A stretch of 64,000 nt of DNA from Eledone cirrhosa. Lineage: Eukaryota. Made by a program: the position numbers and the translations under genes. The stretch spans positions 60,078,001 through 60,142,000 of the forward strand of contig OZ024746.1 in the NCBI GenBank assembly GCA_964016885.1, in the 5' to 3' direction. Below the pieces are notes generated by a model, which was given only the letters and a program-made list of their open reading frames with translations, was not told where the DNA came from and did no database searches. Shown one piece after another: positions 13,290 to 25,914 of this stretch. Each line of letters opens with the position of its first letter. Position 1 is the first letter of the stretch.

Positions 13290-14010
13290 ATACATGACCT
13301 GTAGTTTACATTGTGTGACCTGTAGTTCACATTGTATACAACATGTAAAATTCCTACTTATTCTTTTTCTGCATATCTACCACATCCAGCTCTCAGGAGG
13401 CAGTAAAGTTTTGTATTCTTTCCTGTTAACAAAATCTTTTGTCTTTGTTAAGTTTACAGCAAGAGTGCTTAATTCTAGGCTTTTCCTTCCAAATTTGGAA
13501 TTTCTTCTCTAACTCTTTGACAGATTCAGTTATGAGAACTAGGTCACCAGCATACAGAGGTTCCCATGGACAGCTGGTCTATCATAACCCTTTCATTGCT
13601 ATATTTCTAATAACTTTGAAAACAGTAAAGAATTTGGAGGGATTTAGTAATATAACTAACTTTCTCATTATTGAACTGGTGATTGAAGCATAACTTAACA
13701 AAGGTTCTTACATAAAACTATGGTGGACTGTTTTTCACTATAAAATAAAAACGGTTTTGTATTGTAGAACCAGAAGTAGTTTCAGGAAGATGGTGTATAA
13801 GAATGTTTAAGACTTCTTAATTCTAAGTTTCTCTTTTGTAAATTTGAAAATTCTTTTCTAATTCTTTGACAGATTTGGCTATGAGAGCTAGGTCATTGGC
13901 ATACAGATTTTCCAGACAGCATTGTTGGCTTATCTTAAACTCCTCTGTTATGGCTTGGGGAATTATAATAAACATGAGTGGGGTGAGAACCAGCCCTAAT
14001 GGACAGCCAC
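13290..14010 (-). mobile_element. Two old RTE RT fragments separated by a MITE
   Basis: Minus-strand PWEPLYAGDLVLI..ELEKKFQIW and LYANDLALIAKSVKELEK (YADD region). Confidence 0.7.
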
Positions 14011-15396
14011 CTACACATCAAATTCTCACTTTGATAACAGCAACCCCGTACAATAGAGCATAGTACTCTAGAGGTTCCCAAACAACATTTGAACTTTTTC
14101 AGTGTCCAAAATTTTTTGGTAAATTTCAACCCTGTTGGTGTTAGGAAGGGCATGATAGCGTGGAAGATGGACATTAAATGATGATGATGATGATGATGAT
14201 ATAGTTTGTTGTTTTTTTATATTGATTAGGTTTTTGCTGAAGTTTACAGGGTTGTGTTTGATTTTATTGGTGCTATTGCTTATCATAGTTTTTTTTTTTC
14301 ATTACTTAATATAACTATATCAGACTCATCTGAGATGTAGAAAATGAATAAATATGATTGGCTAAAATTACTTAAAAAGTCAATATTTTACTGTATCATC
14401 CTGTACCACATGAAAGTGCATTAGCAAGACATTATTGAAAAGTATAAAACAGCACTAAGACTGAATCACATTAAACATTAAAATCTTTACTCTAATATTA
14501 CAAATTTTCACAACAATCTATACACTAATAACGATACTATAAACATTTGAATTAACAAACCCATTTAAAAATATTTTCTACAAAATCATTACAGGATGTT
14601 GGGTTACAAAGCTGAATCATATTATCATAAACCGATATGTTTACCAAGAAATTAGGTTTGAAAATTTGAAATTTATTTGCTTTTATTATGAAAAGCTGCC
14701 ATAATTCACATGACAGGCATCTCTGTTAACCTTTTCTATCTCCAATGTCAATTTTATCATAGACAATCTCAATTTTGTTGTCGCCAACTTTAATTTCATC
14801 ATTACTATAAGATGGAGAACATTTTTTATTATGAAAAGTGATTAACAGACTTTGACATCAGTGATTACTTGTCACAAAATTGTAAAAGAATGTAGACATT
14901 TTAAAGTATTACAAGTTTTGTATAAAGAAATTGTTGCACCCAACATCACTGTAAATATACATACATTTAAAGCTACGTATGTTATATACAACACAACAAA
15001 GACAAAAGCGAATAACCTCAGTTTAACCTTAAATTCATTATTCACATTTCTTAACTCTCTTAACATATTCCTAAAAAACTCCAGCATCATTGTCTTCAGT
15101 AACTTTTACATAATTCATTTGTAAAATCGTTAGCATTAACATATATATATGATGTTGATAAATCTATTCATGTTTATATAATTTCAACTTTATATATATG
15201 TATGTACAAACACACACATGTGTATGCGCGCTGAGAGAGAAAGAAGGATAACAATGAATGGAGAGATGCTGTGTTAGCAAAGACCTGACCAACCCTTCTT
15301 TTTCTTCAGGTTCCAACTGTTACGGTTTGCTCCCTTCCGAACCCTCTTTGGAGTCTTGAGATACACAATCCATATATATATATATATATATATATA

Positions 15397-15556
15397 TGGA
15401 GGTGCCACGGCAAAAAAGCACCCAGCACTCACTGTAAATGAGGTTGGTGTTAGGAAGGGCATCCAGCTGTAGAAATCAAGCCAGAATCAGTTCCCGTCTC
15501 ACCCTTGCAAGCAGGGAAAAAGCGGACGTAAAATGAAATGAAAATAAAATGATGAT
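15397..15556 (+). mobile_element. 5'-truncated RTE-tailed SINE
   Basis: Matches the 3' half of 22797-23173; similar pieces at 20930-21092 and 26330-26415. Confidence 0.8.
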
Positions 15557-15815
15557 ATATATATATATATAGTAGTATAGTTAATATGAAGCATTGTAAG
15601 ATGTGCAATAATTGATTGTTAAGAAGGAACAACATATCATTCATTTTTGTTTTCCATTTGAAAAGAGGGTATTAACTCTGAAATATGATGTTGAAATATA
15701 ATGGGTAAAAAACATTACTTTGTTTTGTTTTGTTTTGTTTGACATCTTTTGCCCTTTATATATTTCTACCGCACTAATTCAGCTTTCCCAAATACTTATC
15801 AATCAATTATTATAA

Positions 15816-15882
<67 letters not shown>

Positions 15883-15988
15883 TACATATACACACACTCA
15901 CTGTATGTACTTGTGTATATGTTACACATTACTTTTCTATAAAAATATGATGTTAAAGCCTGCATTCTCTACTGAAGTTATACAAAAT

Positions 15989-16042
<54 letters not shown>

Positions 16043-16453
16043 GCAAATGCACCTATACATATATATTTTTCCATGTATGTCACACAAAACTTGTATTTTC
16101 ATCAGAACAGAAAGAGACAAAAATACTAGATAGAGTTCCACCCCTAGGTCTTATGTAAATAATGTGCTCTAAATTTCCTGGCTCAGTAAATACAGTACAG
16201 GGCACACAGTGTATATAAATATATACATGTTCAACGCAGTACAGGGTACACACTGTATATAAATATACATGTGTTCACAGATAAAGAAACTCTGTACACA
16301 GTGACAGCTTTTTTTCTACATCACTGACTTAAATATGTCTTTATAAATAACTTGGTAATAAGCAGTTATATATATGGTTATACTAGTATATAATACACAC
16401 ACGCACACATACAGATATATAACTGTATATATATATATATATACAGTTATCTA

Positions 16454-16533
<80 letters not shown>

Positions 16534-16678
16534 CATACACATATTTACATATTATGTGTGTGTATATATATATATATATACATACACATATTTACATATT
16601 ATGTGTGTATATATATATATATATATACATACATACACATATTTACATATTATGTGTGTGTATATATATATATATATA

Positions 16679-16749
16679 CAGGGTGTCCCCCAAAAATGTA
16701 TACACATATTTATTAGAATGCTATTGAAGTGTGTATACATATTTGGGGA
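16679..16749. mobile_element. ~80-bp hairpin Tc1/mariner MITE (CAGGGTGTCC ends, TA context)
   Basis: Related copies at 51116-51196 and 55385-55462. Confidence 0.75.
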
Positions 16750-17659
16750 TATAGATATAGATATCCATATGTGGTTGACGGCTGAGAGAAAAGAGTACTC
16801 AACACCAATAAAAAAATGAATATATATTTATTATTAGTACAGATTAAAAGTTTAAGCAAAGAATTTCTGCTTTCACCCTAATCGGGATCATCTAAAACTG
16901 AGAAAAACCAATCTAGATGCAGAAGTAAATATTTCAAAAACATTATGACCAAATGTTGTCTTTAGAAAACAGGAAGGCATAACTGTAGTGTGTGAGAACA
17001 TTCTCTTGAGAGGAGTGAAATGTATGCAAGGGGAATTACATCATTATGAGAAGAACAAATTCTTGCTATGGAAAAATCATATTTTTGCTATGAAAAAAAA
17101 TCAGGAGACTAGTATTCTTTTTAAAATAGCTGAATAATTTCCCTCTACCACGTATGGAAAATGTTGTTAATAGTAGTAAAATTATTAAATATAAAAATAC
17201 TGAAAGAATTAATAGGATTAGTAAGATCATTAATAGTAATGTTTTCAGATTTAGGCTCATACATAAGTATGTGCTGACCAGTGTGGATGCATGCGTAAAT
17301 GAAAATATAGTGTATGAAAATTAACACACATATATACATATAATACAAGTGTACATATGTGCATGTACACATGTACACTCACATGGGTTTGCATTTGTGC
17401 GAACAAATGTACATATACTCATACACCTATATACATAAACATATATACATACAGTATGTACATATACATATACACATATATGCACATAAATATAATTATA
17501 TATATTATGTGGTTGATGGCTGAGAGAAAAGTGTGCTCAATACAAATAATAAAATGAATATATATATGTGTGTGTGTAGTTTTACTAGCTCAAGTGGGTG
17601 TCTTTCATCGACACTTCCCACAAAACTACAGCCACTATCAACTATATATATATATATAT

Positions 17660-18567
17660 GAGTGAACCTAGCTAAGACAAAGGTGTTGATGAGTAGAAAA
17701 GAGGACAAAACTCTGATTCCGTCAGGGAAATGGCCATGTTCGATATACAGAAAAGGAACTGGCATAAATTCTATAAAATGCACACAATGCAGATCCTGGG
17801 TACACAAGAGATGTAGCGGGATAGCAGGCAAACTAACAGGTAGGGAGAAATACGTATGCAGTAGATGTACAGGGAAATTAGACAGTAGAAGTCTCATTGA
17901 TAGACACATTTTTCAAATGCAGGCGTTGCTATAGAAGTGGTGGATAGCTTCTGGTACCTAGGAGATCAGATTAGTATGGGAGGGGGGTGTTCCGAGGCCA
18001 TAGTATCTAGAATAAGGACAGGTTGGAAGAAGTTTAGGGAGCTGCTTCCTCTGCTGATGAAGAAGGGTTTCTCCCTACGTAAGAAAGGCCGGTTATATGA
18101 TGCCTGTGTGAGGAGCGCGATGCTGCATGGTAGTGAGACATGGGCAGTAACTGCAGAGGATATGCGACGGCTGGAGAGAAATGAGGCAAGCATGCTCCGT
18201 TGGATGTGCAATGTCAATGTGCGTGAATGACCCAGCATGAATGTGTTGAGAGAGAAACTGTGTCTGAGAGGGATAGATTGTAGTGTGCGAGAGAGGAGAC
18301 TGAGGTGGTATGGACATGTGATGCGCATGGAGGATGATCGATGGGTGAAGAAGTGCCAGGAAATGCCATTTGAAGGAAGTCATGGTAGAGGTAGACCACG
18401 AAAAACATGGGCAGAGGTGGTGAGAGCAGACCTCAGATCACTGAAGCTCACGGTGGAGATGACGAAGGACCATGACAAGTGGAGAGATGCTGTACTAAAT
18501 AAGACCTGTCCCACCCTTGCAAGCAGGGAAAAACGGACATAAAATGATGATGATGATGATGATGATA
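17660..18567 (+). mobile_element. RTE LINE, second PHD-bearing family, 5'-truncated and pseudogenised
   Basis: NLAKTKV..WPCSIYRKGTGINSIKCTQCRSWVHKRC..CSRC..VDSFWYLGD..RRLRWYGHVMR..GRGRPRKTW; ORF runs up to the (GAT)n tail. Confidence 0.92.
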
Positions 18568-19269
18568 TTACATAAAATGCTGAATTGAATAATGTGCCTT
18601 AACTATACACAATCTATACATAGAATATTCACTCACTTATTTAATCACAGACACACACATACATATAGATAAATGCATACCCAAACATAAACATAGACTT
18701 GTCTTTTATCTGATAATTCTACACACAACACACACATACATATATATTCACCAAAATCTTGTAGGCAGAATTATTTGGAAACTTGCCAAAAGACATATCA
18801 AGCATGCTTATAATGATGTTACTAGTTATGATGGTGATGTTTTCGTAATGTTGTTATATAGGAAATAGTGCAGAACTAACATATATAAAAATGTAGGTAA
18901 AAGATAATTTTATATATATATATATTTATATATATATATATTATTTTTATTAATATTATTATTATTATCATCATTAACAACAACAACCAGCCACACACAC
19001 AAGCATATACACTCATATATAAAGTTAATGCTGTGGTTGTTGACTTATAGAATTATAAATATCAAATATTTACTATTTTGGTGGGGGAGGACTCAATACT
19101 GGATAAATTAACTATTCAGTGTGTGTATGTGCTTGTGTATGTGTGTAAATTGTTGTGTATGTATGCATGTAAGTTGTATGTATGTGTCTCTGTTCATGTG
19201 TGTGTGTGTCTATTTATAAGGAATACAGCCAGTTGTGTCATTAAGGTAATTAACTGATAATGCTGATGG

Positions 19270-19620
19270 CAAACATAGGAGACTGTTGTTCTATCAGTTT
19301 ACCCCCACCCTTTTACATCACTGCCATCACCACTACCACCACCATAAAAGCCATTAACATCACCACCACCACCACCACAGACATCACTACTACCACCATC
19401 ATCATCACAGCCATCACTACCACCACCACCATTACAAACACTACAACCAACATCATCACCATATCCATCATCTCCACCTCAACCACCACCTCCACCACCA
19501 CCATCATTACTACCATCACTTTCTTAACAGACAGAGTTGTTCTTTTAAGTATGGCATCAAACATTATCAGTGTCATTATCATGGCAGTCATTTCCATCAT
19601 TATTATCAACATCTTGGAAT
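19270..19620. repeat. (CAC/CAT)n low-complexity tract
   Basis: Degenerate trinucleotide repeat. Confidence 0.85.
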
Positions 19621-19728
19621 GGTTTCTACAGGTGAGTGCCCTTCTTAACACCAACCACTTTACAGAGTGCACTGGGTGGATTTTGTCTTGGTAGCAGCAC
19701 TAAGAAGGTTGACAGACCATTGATACAA

Positions 19729-19789
<61 letters not shown>

Positions 19790-19794
<5 letters not shown>

Positions 19795-19900
19795 ATAATA
19801 ATAAATTTGAAGACTAAAATCCAAAGAGGGCTCGATAAGGATAAATAAGGGTGAAAGCAGCGATTCTTTGCTTAAACTTTAATCTGTTATTTTAATAAAT
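19790..19900. mobile_element. Short two-module PLE-like element in (TA)n
   Basis: Same family at 16837-16900, 36788-36895, 41498-41625 and 52001-52700. Confidence 0.65.
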
Positions 19901-20441
19901 ATATATATATATATATATACAAATATAAATTAGCGATAATCATATTTTGGCTATTCGACTGAGGCCAAACACACTGAGACCAAACACACTGAGACGATGG
20001 TTAAACCATTATCTGCACAGCCATAGAAACGACCAAGTAATTCGGGTCAAACAAATTAAATATGATTGAAAATTATACCCGGACCCCTGGAAGGTTGGTA
20101 AAATCCAGCATTTGGGTTTCTGCAACTCCTAAATCAAGTACTGTCTGCTTAGACAAATAATGTTAAGCTTTTGGTAAGATGATCGAACAAGGAAGTCACT
20201 TTCTCAACTTTTAGTTCAAGTGCCAAGCGAAGGACTGACCATTATCAAAACCCACGTGGGGCTCGACAAGGGGGGCAACCCTTAGTTTTGGCAGATGAAT
20301 TCAATATGTGTGTTATTGCAAAATTGCAAAATATATATATATATATATGAAGTAATTCTGTCGGAAAAGTCCAGGAAAAAAGAGTGCTCTATGTAGGTTA
20401 CAGAGCGTAATAGTTATGTAATAAACAACATAAAATAATTA

Positions 20442-20502
20442 TTTCATTTACCAGTGGTTTCTTGAAAGCAAAAGAAATTTGCTTTCAGTCATCAGAATGA
20501 AA
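20442..20502 (-). ncRNA. Type I hammerhead ribozyme (complete fold)
   Basis: Minus strand: tttcatt-CTGATGA-c-tgaaagcaaa-tttct-tttgctttca-a-GAAA-cc-act-gG-TA-aatgaaa; stem I 7 bp, stem II 10 bp, GUA cleavage triplet. Confidence 0.8.
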
Positions 20503-20554
20503 AAATCCTGGTGTATTTATTGACAGTGGATTTTAAATCCACTGTCAATAAATA

Positions 20555-20609
20555 CATTCTGATGACTGAAAGCAAATTTCTTTTGCTTTCAAGAAACCAC
20601 TAGTAAATG
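20555..20609 (+). ncRNA. Hammerhead ribozyme, mirror copy
   Basis: catt-CTGATGA..GAAAC-cacta-GTA-aatg; stems I and III shorter than in the minus-strand copy. Confidence 0.65.
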
Positions 20610-20641
20610 AAATAATTATCTTATGTTGTTTATTACATAAC

Positions 20642-20677
<36 letters not shown>

Positions 20678-20679
<2 letters not shown>

Positions 20680-20905
20680 GGAAAAATTTGAACAGGAACA
20701 AAACAGAGAGGCAGTACAACGAATGTTTATTAATTTCACGCTCTGGAGAGTGGGGTGGTGGTAGGGAACGACGTTTTGGGCATAAGCCCTTCCTCAGGTG
20801 AGAAGTGTGTGGGAACAGAGTTCAAAGGGTGTGTAGGGGAGTGGTGGAGAGACATATAGCGAAAGGAAATGGTGCGAATGAAATTAAAAATAAAAATAAA
20901 ACATG
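20678..20905 (-). mobile_element. PLE-like end with degenerate minimal HHR (20768-20799)
   Basis: Minus strand CTGAGGA-a-gggc-ttat-gccc-AAAAC-GTC (G12 changed to A), then AATAAA; bounded by (TA)n. Confidence 0.55.
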
Positions 20906-21091
20906 ATCAAAATATATATATATATATATATGGTGCCACGGCAAAAAAGCACCCAGCACTCACTGTAAATGAGGTTGGTGTTAGGAAGAGCATCCAGCTG
21001 TAGAAATCAAGCCAGAATCAGTTTCCGTCCCACCCTTGCAAGCAGGGAAAAGTGGACGTAAAATGAAATGATGATGATGATGATGATGATG

Positions 21092-21155
<64 letters not shown>

Positions 21156-21746
21156 GTAAATATCTTTAAGTTGTTTGGAAGCCTCGACAATGCAAATGGG
21201 TAAATCTCCGGGTAACAAGGTCCGGTGATGGAGAGAGAGATGTAAGTGGGTGTACGTTGAGATGCGTGGTGTGTATAAGATGTGTGAGATGTGTAGAACG
21301 AAGGGAAGAGTATAGAGGATAAAAATAAAAATAACAACACAAGAGAGAGTTACCTTGGGAGAGATTTAATAGTCCCTATATATTTCGGATTCACATCCAT
21401 CAACTGGGGTTTTTTTCCGGGGTGGGGGAAAAGGTTGTCTGTCGGACAACTCGGAACGCGTCTTTCGCTGTTTGTTGATTTGAATATCTGAGGTATTCGG
21501 CAGAGCGCGCGTGCGCGTGAAATGGGGTCGGTCGTACAGAGGTCAGCGGCCGAATGAGGGAGTGGGATGGCGCTAGCTGTCAGTCCATTCTCTGCCTGTT
21601 TGTTAAATGTTACTGTGTGTGTGTGCGTGTGTTGTTGTCTCGCTTGAGTGTGTGTGTGTGTTGTTGCCTTGTTCATCTGTATTGGCAGTGTAGTATGTTC
21701 GTATGGTGGAATGCTACTGTGTGTGTGTGTGCGTGTGTGTGTGTAG

Positions 21747-22738
21747 TTAGCCGCTAGAGGGTTCTCCCTAAAAATGAAAGGCAGGTTATACGATGCCTGC
21801 ATACGAACAGCAATGCTGCATGGCAGTGAGACCTGGGCATTGTGTGCAGAGGATATACGCAGACTAGAGAGGAACGAAGCTTGCATGCTCCGCTGGATGT
21901 GCAATAGTAATATACGTGAACGGCTAAGCATAAACGAACTAAGGAAAAAATTAGAAATAAGAGGATCAGATGTTGTTTACTCGAGAGAAGGCTACGTTGG
22001 TACGGTCACGTGATGCGCATGAAAGACGACAGCTGTATAACAAAGTGCAGGGCAATAAAGATAGACGGTAGCCACGGAGTAGGCAGACCCAGAAAAACCT
22101 GGGACGACATAATAAATTCCAACCTCACACGCTTACACCTCTCCAAGACAATGTCACTGGACCGAGACCTTTGGCGGTACTCAGTAATAGAGAAGACCCG
22201 CCTTACCTAAATACAAAGTAAAAACCTACTACAGTCAGTAGGCATCTCTATCAAAACACACCCCGTCCCACCACCTCCACCCCATCCACACCGCCCCTTT
22301 CAATGTAAAGTTATGTTGGTCCCACAACATCCAGGCCAAAACAAATGAGATCGTGTAGGTGTCACGACAAAAAAACACACAGTCCACGCTGTAAATGTGG
22401 CCGTGTAGGCAACACGGTAAAAACCTCCCAGCCCCACACTGTAAATGTGGTTAGTGTTAGGAAGGGCATCCAGCTGTAGAAAACCCGCCAGACAGTCCAC
22501 GCTGTAATGTGGCCGTGTAGGCAACACGGTAAAAACCTCCCAGCCCCACACTGTAAATGTGGTTGGTGTTAGGAAGGGCATCCAGCTGTAGAAAACCCGC
22601 CAGACAGTCCTATGCGAGCAAGACAACCACTCTTGCCTCAAGTGGGAAAACCCCCCCGTCCAAACCCATGCAAGCGTGGAACACGGACGCTAAACCTGAT
22701 GATGATGATGACGATTATGATGATGATGATGATGATGA

Positions 22739-22742
<4 letters not shown>
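21747..22742 (+). mobile_element. RTE LINE 3' fragment (family of 492-1410) with duplicated 3'UTR block
   Basis: KGRLYDACIR.., a frameshift, ..EKTRLT; ~113-bp tandem duplication at 22379-22607; (GAT)n tail. Confidence 0.92.
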
Positions 22743-22791
<49 letters not shown>

Positions 22792-22796
22792 ATATA

Positions 22797-23173
22797 GAGG
22801 CACATGGCTTAGTGGTTAGAGCATTGGCCTTGCAATCGAAAGGTTGTGAGTTCAATTCTCAGACCGGGTGATGTGTTGTTTCCTTGAGCAAGACACTTTA
22901 TTTCACATTGCTCCAGTTTACTCAGCTGTAGAAATGAGATGATAGGGACTGGGGCCCCTATCATTCCACTGCAAAGTGGTCGTGGAGGTGCCACGGCAAA
23001 AAAAAGCACCTAGCCCACACTGTAAAGTGGACATGTAGGCGCCACGGAAAAAAAACACCCAGCACTCACTGTAAATGAGATTGGTGTTAGGAAGGGCATC
23101 CAGCTGTAGAAATCAAGCCAGAATCAGTTCCCGTCTCACACTTGCAAGGAGGGAAAACCGGACGTAAAATGAT
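22797..23173 (+). mobile_element. Full-length tRNA-head/CORE-like/RTE-tail SINE
   Basis: A box tggcttagtgg, B box gagttcaattc, CORE-like tccttgagcaagacactt, tail cttgcaag..gggaaaa..ggacgtaaaatgatg; minus-strand copy at 28050-28377. Confidence 0.85.
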
Positions 23174-23194
23174 GGAAAAAAATATATATATTTA

Positions 23195-24017
23195 TATAAT
23201 GAAAATAAAAAGTTAAGGGCAAAAGAGAGCAATATCCATCATCAGTTGTCTGCTAGGAATCATAGATATTTCTTTGCATTAGACCCCAACCTAGTGCGAG
23301 CAATAACTAAAATAAGTTATTGGGATAAAAAGGGGCGGGGGAGAGAAAAAAACGTAAACAGACACGAAATGTGAAGCAACATAAAGAGAGGAAAAATGTC
23401 AAGTCAACAAACTTTTTTCGGACCTAAGTCCTGGCAAGTGTGACAAGAGAACAGACACTTCTTCACTGAGCGAGAAAAGTGTTTTTATTCATATAATTTT
23501 CCATATCTGCTGTGACCCGTCTTTTCTCTTCCCTTGTTGCTTTCATCTCTCTCCCCCTTTTGCTTTCTCCCTCTTACTTTCGCTCACCCCCTCTGCTAGT
23601 CACTTTCTCTCTGCTAGCCTGCCACTATAACTATCTCTTTCTCGCTTCCTCTTACTTTCACTCACTCGCTCTCTGCTAGTCACCCTCTCTCCGCTAGCTC
23701 ACTTCCTCCCTTGACCGCCACTGCAAGCAGTCTCTTTTCTCGCTCACACTGCTACAGTGAAGACGTGTCTGTTCTCTCATCACACTTGCCAGGACTTATG
23801 TCTGAAAAAAGTTTGTTGACTTGATATTTTTCCTCTCTTTACGTTGCTTCACTTTTCTCTCTCCCCCCCCCTTTTTATCCCAATAACTTATTTTAGTTAT
23901 TGCTTGAACTAGGTTGGGGTATATTGTCTCTAATGTGAAGAAATATCTATGATTCCTAGCAGACAACTGATGATGGATATTACCCTCTTTCGCCCATAAC
24001 TTTTTATTTTCATTATA
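23195..24017. repeat. Inverted repeat, ~265-bp arms around a pyrimidine-rich spacer (PLE-like end)
   Basis: 23195-23468 is the reverse complement of 23755-24017 apart from indels. Confidence 0.9.
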
Positions 24018-24031
24018 CCTAATTGCAACCA

Positions 24032-24232
24032 AGGGCGGTGGATTGGCAGTATCGGTAGAGGGTTGGACACCATGCTTTGACGCATAGAGTTACGGCCCTA
24101 GCCATTCTGAGTTCAAATTACACCGAGGTTAACTTGGCCGTTCATCCTTATGGGGGGGGGGGGGTGATAAAATAAAGTACCAGTAATTCACTGGGTAATT
24201 GCTGGCCTTGTGCCAAAAGTAGAAACAATTAT
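24032..24232 (+). mobile_element. Full-length Meta-type SINE with target-site duplication
   Basis: attatac(c/t)taattgcaacca on both sides. Confidence 0.85.
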
Positions 24233-24265
24233 ACTTAATTGCAACCACACAGCCCACCATTTCAT

Positions 24266-24304
<39 letters not shown>

Positions 24305-24499
24305 TCCATATCTATACCAACCAAGTCATCTTTCTTGCACACTACATCTGATTCCTCTTATACCCACTTTTTATAATAATAATGAAATTATTGTGTAAAG
24401 TGCTCAGGTGCACTACAACTCGTCAATATAGTACATAGAATAATACACAAATGTCAGGGAAGTACATGTGTGTATGTGTTAGCTGTTCTGTTGGCGGAT

Positions 24500-24810
24500 C
24501 TCTCTCAGTCCATCCATGTACACCAACATTACACATCCAACAGTGCACACTTGGTTCATTTCTCTTCAGCCTCCATATATCCTCTGCATTTATTGCTCAT
24601 GTCTCAGTGCCATGCAAATTCACACTTCTCAAGCAGGTATTATTCAATCAACACTTTAAACTGAAAGAAAATCACTTTGCTGTTAACAGTGGTCATAACT
24701 TTCTAAACTTTTCTCAGCCTCTTCTTATTCTAGTTACTATGATTTCATAGCAATGCTCTCCACTGCTAATTCGGTCACCCACCTAAGTAACAGAAACTAT
24801 CAACTACTAC
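24500..24810 (-). mobile_element. Old RTE fragment
   Basis: Degenerate reverse complement of the VDSF.YL..KFRKL..HGTETWAINAEDI region. Confidence 0.7.
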
Positions 24811-25449
24811 TATGAAAAGGTTTATTTCACTGCTGCTCTTACTAAATATTTAGATCAACTACATTACTGAATTCTAACAGCCATACTTAGAATAAAGCAT
24901 AAGTTGACACCAGGAGAGGCATCCAATTGTGGAAAATTGGACATATTAATGATGATATATATATACTATCATTTTATGTCCGTTTTCCATGCTGGTAAGG
25001 ACACAGCTGGGGGGTGGGGTGGGGGGGGTACACACACACTTCCATTCAGAGCATTCAAATTGTAAACATCAGTTCTTTTTAGTAGGACCACATATATTAT
25101 ATTAACTAATTTCTCTATTTCCTGCATGTCATAAGAATTGACTAAAAAGATTTTTATGAGGAAGAACAGCATAAAATTGTGCATCAAAAAGTCTCTTCCT
25201 AGCTATGTTGGCATGGTGAAATAGACATGAAGACTATATGTATGCTGTCTACATTGATTTCTGTATACAAAGATGATAATGAGGATATACATGCTCCTTT
25301 ACAGTAATATATATATATATATAATTGGTGTTGGATGTTTAAAGCGTCTGTATGCGGTAGGCCATATGAGCACTCGATGCTCTCATAGAGCAGAGTATGA
25401 TATCACAGAAAAAAAAGAGATTCAGTGTTGCGATGAATGGAATTTATTG

Positions 25450-25545
25450 GACATATTACAATCGTTTCTCTGGCGACCAGCTTGAGACACAATTGATGTG
25501 ATGATCGAACCTGACTCTGAAAATCGCAAGGTCCTCAGATACGTC
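25450..25545 (-). ncRNA. Type I hammerhead ribozyme with long loop 2
   Basis: gacgtat-CTGAGGA-c-cttgcga...tcgccag-a-GAAAC-gatt-GTA-atatgtc, then AATAAA; stem I 7 bp. Confidence 0.7.
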
Positions 25546-25548
25546 TTG

Positions 25549-25580
<32 letters not shown>

Positions 25581-25688
25581 TTTCTGAATTTGTTTAGCAA
25601 GATTCTTTATCTGAAAACGTGTGTTGAAACCGATATTGCGTAGGACAGAACAAAGGAGAGGCACAAAAAACAAAGAAAAGAACCCCCA

Positions 25689-25731
25689 GTCACTGAAGAT
25701 GTCACAGAATGTGTGACGAAAGAACTTTGAC
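25689..25731 (+). ncRNA. Minimal hammerhead-like motif
   Basis: gtca-CTGAAGA-t-gtcaca-gaatg-tgtgac-GAAAG-aa-CTT-tgac. Confidence 0.55.
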
Positions 25732-25914
25732 AATATATAAACAACCATCTGGTTGTGGAACCAACCAACCGGAAATTTATAAATTCCTAAATTTATAAAT
25801 TTATTATAATAAATTGAAGTGAAAGCAACTGGTGCGTGTGTTTCTTATTGGCAACATGACCCTCCCAAAGTATAACAATATATATTATATATATATGGTT
25901 TTGCTTGATTAACA

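Larger units (their letters stand above)
20410..20644. repeat. Near-perfect fold-back inverted repeat (~110-bp arms) inside (TA)n
   Basis: Arms 20410-20533 and 20535-20644; centre ggattttaaatcc; 14 extra nt in the left arm. Confidence 0.95.

Noticed and set aside
14330-15130. Overlapping AT-rich ORFs or possible 3'UTR
   Set aside because: No motif or splice evidence; composition alone explains the ORFs
18053-18075. CTGATGA hammerhead core
   Set aside because: Lies in RTE coding sequence with no stem II/GAAA geometry; same for matches at 38527, 43321 and 49313
22797-22870. tRNA gene
   Set aside because: A/B boxes continue into a SINE body and RTE tail; no complete cloverleaf
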